Shown piece by piece: positions 59,488 through 64,000 of a stretch of 64,000 nucleotides of DNA (position 1 is the first letter of the stretch; each line of letters starts with the position of its first letter). The notes below the pieces were generated by a model. That model did not search any database, was not told the origin of the DNA, and saw only the letters and a program-made list of their open reading frames with translations. The stretch lies in the IMG/VR virus record IMGVR_UViG_3300036766_001722; one strand, 5' to 3'. This DNA is from an uncultured virus (IMG/VR IMGVR_UViG_3300036766_001722) (Duplodnaviria; Heunggongvirae; Uroviricota; Caudoviricetes). Both the position numbers and the translations under genes were made by a program.

Positions 59488-61334
59488 GCAGACCTCTTCT
59501 CGCGGCGACGACGAACGATAGCAGCACCGAGGCCTGCCAGCGACACACCGCCGATCGTCCATAGCGCGAGCTTCCACGTCTTCGTCCGGCCGTTCATGCC
59601 GTTGCCGTTCATGCCGTCTGTGTACGCGCTACTGATCCTCGAGATCGTTCCAGCCCTGCTCTTCGCCGTAAACTTGATCTGCTGGAAGTAGGCCGTGATG
59701 TCCGCAATCGTAGCGAGCCGCAGTTCGGCACCGTTGCAGTGGTCGAGCACGCGGTACCACAGCGGCGGCGGCGCCCACGCCTGAGCGTGGATGAGGCCCG
59801 AGAAGATCTGAATGAGCGCCCCGATGCCCGCGATCACGCCACCGATCACAGTGCCCACCCCAGGGATTAGCGCGACGGCCGCGCCCACGCCCTCCGTGAC
59901 CTGCGCTGCCATCACGACGCCCGACTGCGCTCCTGCGTCTGCGGCGGCAGCAAGCTGGTCCGCACTCGCCCCCGCGACGGCAACGTTCTCCGGCAGGCGG
60001 AGGAACGCCGCGTACTGCGTCAGCGCGGTTGCCTGGAGCCGCATGAACTCCGTATCCGCCATCTCCTGCATCCGCGCACGAATGCCGGCACACATCATTG
60101 CACCCGTCGCAGCGGTTCCCGTCTGCCAGTAGGTGCTTCCCAGCATGCTCGCGACTCCCGCAAGCGGATTGGTCGGGTTCGAAAAGAGCGACTGGTAGAA
60201 GATCGCGACAGGTTCGCTGGTGTTTCCCAGTTCGGTGCCAGCATCGCGCAGGCCAACGTAGACGTTGACCGGATCCGTGCTCGTCTGGCTCCACAGCCAG
60301 TCATGATCGTCATCAGAGCGCGATCCGTTCGCGAACGCGTTCATTGCGGTGTCATCAGCCGGCAGCCCGAGACCCGCACGCGCCGCCTTGAACGCGGCGT
60401 ACATCACGTCCTGCCAGTGCCAGGTGATGTCACCCGAGTTCATGCACGCAGCAGGATTGATCTTCGGGTTCGACGGCGTGACGCGTTGACCAGTGAGGTT
60501 GCCGCGGTTCTTGCTAAACGGCGTGCGCGTGCCGCAATTGTAGATGACGGACGACGGGTCCTGGTTGTGCTCACGCAGCCACGAGTCGATCTTCGTCTCG
60601 TACTTCGGGAGAGCGAAGGTCGCCCAGATGGGCATGCCGAAGTACTGCTCGTCGGGTCCCGCCATCGGCCACGCGAGGTTCGGGTTCTCGTAGCCGTCTG
60701 GCACGTTGAAGTCCGACGTGAAGCCGAAGAAATCCCACGGCGTGCCTCTCACCGTCGTCGTCGCGAACCCCAACGTCTGCAACGTCGAGATCGACCGGAA
60801 GAGATTCTGTCCGTCCGACTTCTCAGGGAAAGGCGCCACGTTCGTGGGCTGCATGTGCAAGAGGCGCCACTCGGCCATCGACGAGCGGAAGGTGCCGCCA
60901 CGGATGCTGGTCGAGCGACACCAGATCTCCATCCACGCCTGGGCGGCGTCGTACCAGATCTTCTGCTCGAAGCCCTGCGGGCTATACGCGAGGAGCCGCT
61001 TGAGCGCTGCGCGAGCCGTCTCGTAGAGATCGACGAGAAAGATCTTCTTGAAGACGTCCCCGCACGTCCCCGCCATCTCCATCTGGGACATGATGAGGAG
61101 GTCGGCGTTCGGGTAGATGATCGTGCCACTCGTCTCGTAGTTGTTCAGCGCGTTCAACTCGGCCAGCGGGTAGCGCAGAACCTGCTGAGCGATCGCGATG
61201 TTGTAGCCCGGTGGCAGCGACGGAGCCTGCGTAGCGCCAACCACCGCGCCGCCACGCGAGACAACGGAAACCGCGCCGGGGGCCTGTCCAAGGCCGCGGC
61301 TACGACGAGCGAGACTATTGGCGTGGTAGGCCAC
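59484..61334 (-). CDS. large membrane protein, GLGQ family
   Basis: MAYH...RGLGQ; hydrophobic hairpin IPGVG; TM + RRRREKR. Confidence 0.8.
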   Translation of the reverse strand: MAYHANSLARRSRGLGQAPGAVSVVSRGGAVVGATQAPSLPPGYNIAIAQQVLRYPLAELNALNNYETSGTIIYPNADLLIMSQMEMAGTCGDVFKKIFLVDLYETARAALKRLLAYSPQGFEQKIWYDAAQAWMEIWCRSTSIRGGTFRSSMAEWRLLHMQPTNVAPFPEKSDGQNLFRSISTLQTLGFATTTVRGTPWDFFGFTSDFNVPDGYENPNLAWPMAGPDEQYFGMPIWATFALPKYETKIDSWLREHNQDPSSVIYNCGTRTPFSKNRGNLTGQRVTPSNPKINPAACMNSGDITWHWQDVMYAAFKAARAGLGLPADDTAMNAFANGSRSDDDHDWLWSQTSTDPVNVYVGLRDAGTELGNTSEPVAIFYQSLFSNPTNPLAGVASMLGSTYWQTGTAATGAMMCAGIRARMQEMADTEFMRLQATALTQYAAFLRLPENVAVAGASADQLAAAADAGAQSGVVMAAQVTEGVGAAVALIPGVGTVIGGVIAGIGALIQIFSGLIHAQAWAPPPLWYRVLDHCNGAELRLATIADITAYFQQIKFTAKSRAGTISRISSAYTDGMNGNGMNGRTKTWKLALWTIGGVSLAGLGAAIVRRRREKRSA

Positions 61335-61343
61335 TCTTGATCG

Positions 61344-61832
61344 TCAGGCGTAGTACCAGTAGCGGTTGCGACGGAGTCCGCGGGAGCGACGACGGTTCAC
61401 CGTCGTCTTCTTCGGGCTCACGAACCAGAAGATGCCAGCCGCGAGGACCGCGACGGCGGCCCAGCCAGCGACGGCGGTCGAGCGATCTGCCGTCTGCCCG
61501 AGACCATCGACCGAGACGAACGTACGCCGCCGCGACGACGACGGCGCGTGATGAGAATCTCTACGCCACGGCTGCGTGATGTCGCTCCACGACGGTTCGT
61601 AGAGCATGGGTGCGAACAGCCGGCGTTCTTCCGGCGTCGAGGCGGCGATCACTCTGACCGCGCCACGATGCCCGGCCGGCGCAGCTCTCACGACCACAGC
61701 GCCACGCGAACCGCTCTCTGGTACGCGTGCGACCGGCGCGGCCTTGCCGCCCGACTTTCTGCTGGACGGCTTGCCGCGCGGCGCAGACAGCTTCACGGCA
61801 CCACTCGAACGGTAGACAGGCTTGGGCGGCAT
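61344..61832 (-). CDS. membrane protein, GLG / TM-NR family
   Basis: VDGLGQ-TM-TTVNRRRSRGLRRN. Confidence 0.75.
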   Translation of the reverse strand: MPPKPVYRSSGAVKLSAPRGKPSSRKSGGKAAPVARVPESGSRGAVVVRAAPAGHRGAVRVIAASTPEERRLFAPMLYEPSWSDITQPWRRDSHHAPSSSRRRTFVSVDGLGQTADRSTAVAGWAAVAVLAAGIFWFVSPKKTTVNRRRSRGLRRNRYWYYA

Positions 61833-61834
61833 GT

Positions 61835-62689
61835 TCAGTCTCCCCGGTTTTTGCTCAGCTTGGCGAGCGAGTCAGCCCAGTGTCGCGCCTGGAACAGGAT
61901 CCACCTCTCCGGCTGCTCAGACAGCACGTGAGCTGCGATGTGTAGGGTACGCGTGTGCGGGTCGCCGTGGATGGCGTACTTCGACTCGGGCACTATCTTG
62001 ACCTTGATGCCGAGGCCTTCTGCGTCGATCGCATCTTGGAGACGCTGTCTCGCCTCGCCCTCGCTCAGCTCCCACAGTCGTTTCACCGAGGGCGCATTTC
62101 TCCGTACGCGGCCGTTGACCGCGACAGAAGCGCTCGGGCGCTTGTGCTTCGCTCTCCGCTGCTTCTCGCGCTCGAGCTTCGCGGCATCGCCCTTCATCAA
62201 GGTGTGCCGCCTCGCCAAGAGACTGGCGAGGTAGTCATCGGAGAGCGTGCGCACCGGCGGGATGTGATGTCCGACCTTGCGCAGTCGATGCTGGTGCCGC
62301 AGCTTCTTCTTGTTCGCCCACACGACTTTCTCCGGGTTCACCGTGAACCAGAAGAGGCCGATCGCGATCACCGCGACGGCGCCCCAGCCGATCTTCAAGC
62401 CGGTCGAGAGTCCCGAGTCCTGTACCGGCGGCGGGCTCAGCGACGCATCGGTCGTCGGTGGCGGCGTCTGGCCGAGCTGACCCGGCAGGCGAGCCGGGAA
62501 GTTCGCACGCGGGAAGCCAGCTCCCGCGGTCTGGTAACGCATCGGGCGAGACCCGGTCGCCGTCGCGCCGAGGCCCGACATCGCGGCCTGCGTCACGTGC
62601 GAGAGCACGGCACGGTGATGATCCTGCCGCGCACCCGCGTAGGGATCGGTCACGCGCGAAGACGTTCCGGGTTTGTTGTGATAGGTCAT
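61835..62689 (-). CDS. membrane protein, GLG / TM-N family, with C-terminal modules
   Basis: MTYH, MSGLG, QLGQ, TM, WANKKK, VRRN. Confidence 0.75.
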   Translation of the reverse strand: MTYHNKPGTSSRVTDPYAGARQDHHRAVLSHVTQAAMSGLGATATGSRPMRYQTAGAGFPRANFPARLPGQLGQTPPPTTDASLSPPPVQDSGLSTGLKIGWGAVAVIAIGLFWFTVNPEKVVWANKKKLRHQHRLRKVGHHIPPVRTLSDDYLASLLARRHTLMKGDAAKLEREKQRRAKHKRPSASVAVNGRVRRNAPSVKRLWELSEGEARQRLQDAIDAEGLGIKVKIVPESKYAIHGDPHTRTLHIAAHVLSEQPERWILFQARHWADSLAKLSKNRGD

Positions 62690-62692
62690 CGA

Positions 62693-63460
62693 TCACCGCC
62701 TCGCCGAAGTGCTGCCCGCCACAGACTCATACTCGCGACCATTCCACACTTGGAGATTGCTCCGTGAAACAGGCCCATTCGTGCTGCGTTTCGCTTCCCG
62801 CAGTGCGTCGTCGTCGTCGTTTGCACAGATTTCAATCCAGCCGTACGGACCACGATAGCGGTAGCTAACCCAGCCTGCGCTGCACGGGGCACGCAGGTCG
62901 CGGATGAGAATGAAGCGATTCGTTCCGGATGCATCGAGACCGCGCGCCCTCGCAGCATCGTAGATGCGATCGATCTGCGCGGGCGTGTAACCCTCCGCGT
63001 CGATTGTTACCTCTCGTCTCCTAGCTTTCACTTGATCCAGAATTTGATCCAGCCTCGTCTCACGACGACGACGCGTGTTTTTCTCCGCCGTCGCCGCCTT
63101 CCCCATCATCCAGAAGATGGCGATCGTGCCCAGCACGATGGCGACGCCGCCGACCCTCGTGATCGTCTCGGGGCTCGCGCTCGGGATCGTGGTCTGCCCG
63201 ACGCCGCCGCCGTGTCCTGCGAACGTGACGCGACCATCGACGCCCACGGTCGCGACGAGCGGCCACGCTCCCGTCAGCCGATGCCCTCGACCATCATCCT
63301 GCGCCGTGATCTCGACGGGCGGCGGCTTCCGCGCCCGTCGCGCCGCTGCAATCGCCGGACGGATCCCTTTGACGAGCCACGGCGCGAAGAGCAGGATGCC
63401 CCTCTGGCTGAGGCTGAACGTGGCCCTGTTCAGGTCGATGTCGTGGCCGTTGACGATCAT
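62693..63460 (-). CDS. membrane protein, GVGQ / TM-NR family, with C-terminal modules
   Basis: GGVGQ-TM-EKNTRRRR then further domains. Confidence 0.7.
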   Translation of the reverse strand: MIVNGHDIDLNRATFSLSQRGILLFAPWLVKGIRPAIAAARRARKPPPVEITAQDDGRGHRLTGAWPLVATVGVDGRVTFAGHGGGVGQTTIPSASPETITRVGGVAIVLGTIAIFWMMGKAATAEKNTRRRRETRLDQILDQVKARRREVTIDAEGYTPAQIDRIYDAARARGLDASGTNRFILIRDLRAPCSAGWVSYRYRGPYGWIEICANDDDDALREAKRSTNGPVSRSNLQVWNGREYESVAGSTSARR

Positions 63461-64000
63461 CAGAGCTGCCTCAGGGACTGCGGCACCACGGCGTAGACCC
63501 CGCCGCGTTCATCTTCCAGCACGGTGTGCTTCTGCCCGTCGATGGAGCGTGAGCCGATCTCCTTCGCGAGAACCGTGACCATCGACTCCACCCAGTCGTC
63601 GCTCGGGGCCGTACGCCACCGGCCTTTCGGTCCCGTGTACTCGAAGGCGTAGCCCTCGATCTCGTGCCATGGATCGCGCCCGTTCCACGCGAGCTGCCGA
63701 GCGCTGACGCTCGACCCGCGACCGTGACGCTCGTACTTCCACGTCTGGCGGTTGAACTTGGCGACGTAGCACCCAGCGATTCGCGCCGGGATGCCGTCGA
63801 TCGTGGTGCGCACGATCGCGCGATCGGCTTCGGCCGCGCTCGGCCCCGTCCAGACGATGGTGTCGCTACCGCAGAGGACCGCGAACGGCTTCGGGATGGC
63901 GCGCGCCTTCTCGCCCTGGTTGCGACGCAGTGGCTTCAGACCGCTGCCACCAGCGCGGCGAACCGAGACCTTCCTGTCGCTGTAGTAGGGATGGCCCTTG
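63460..64000 (-). CDS. hypothetical protein, 5' partial, with LRRN linker
   Basis: Frame of the 63460-63813 ORF stays open to the window end. Confidence 0.55.
   Translation of the reverse strand, partial: KGHPYYSDRKVSVRRAGGSGLKPLRRNQGEKARAIPKPFAVLCGSDTIVWTGPSAAEADRAIVRTTIDGIPARIAGCYVAKFNRQTWKYERHGRGSSVSARQLAWNGRDPWHEIEGYAFEYTGPKGRWRTAPSDDWVESMVTVLAKEIGSRSIDGQKHTVLEDERGGVYAVVPQSLRQL

Noticed and set aside
1..64000. CRISPR array or cas genes
   Set aside because: No regularly spaced direct repeats; periodicity at 45-49 kb is tRNAs, and both RuvC proteins are TnpB-sized.

Overview
High-GC (~68% by eye), gene-dense segment that looks like part of a large virus or extrachromosomal element rather than a core chromosome. 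No capsid, terminase or polymerase gene is recognisable here, so that identity is inferred. Recognisable genes: M20 hydrolase, UvrD-like helicase, HNH nucleases, a kinase-like protein, a truncated PurA-like ORF, a glycosylation cluster, two peptidoglycan hydrolases, IS1595 transposase, two stand-alone TnpB elements, a tyrosine recombinase, a DUF2829/Tad2-like protein and a PTH2-like protein. RNA genes: a 30-tRNA array, a separate Ser/Tyr cluster and three tRNA-like elements. The strongest unexplained signal is about 20 otherwise unrelated membrane proteins sharing an MSY...(G)LG(Q/D) leader and a C-terminal TM helix with a basic, usually N-R-rich, tail; GLG also separates tandem domains, suggesting a protein sorting or maturation system. 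Other candidates: a pth2-like gene whose nearest in-frame start lies in a tRNA-like anticodon loop, a tRNA split by ~670 nt carrying two ORFs, a leader-peptide attenuator plus a 17-bp long-range stem around the tRNA array, a TnpB flanked by a 141-bp duplication, and a TGTC(C/G)GACA operator regulon on leaderless promoters. All calls were made by eye; no database searches were run.
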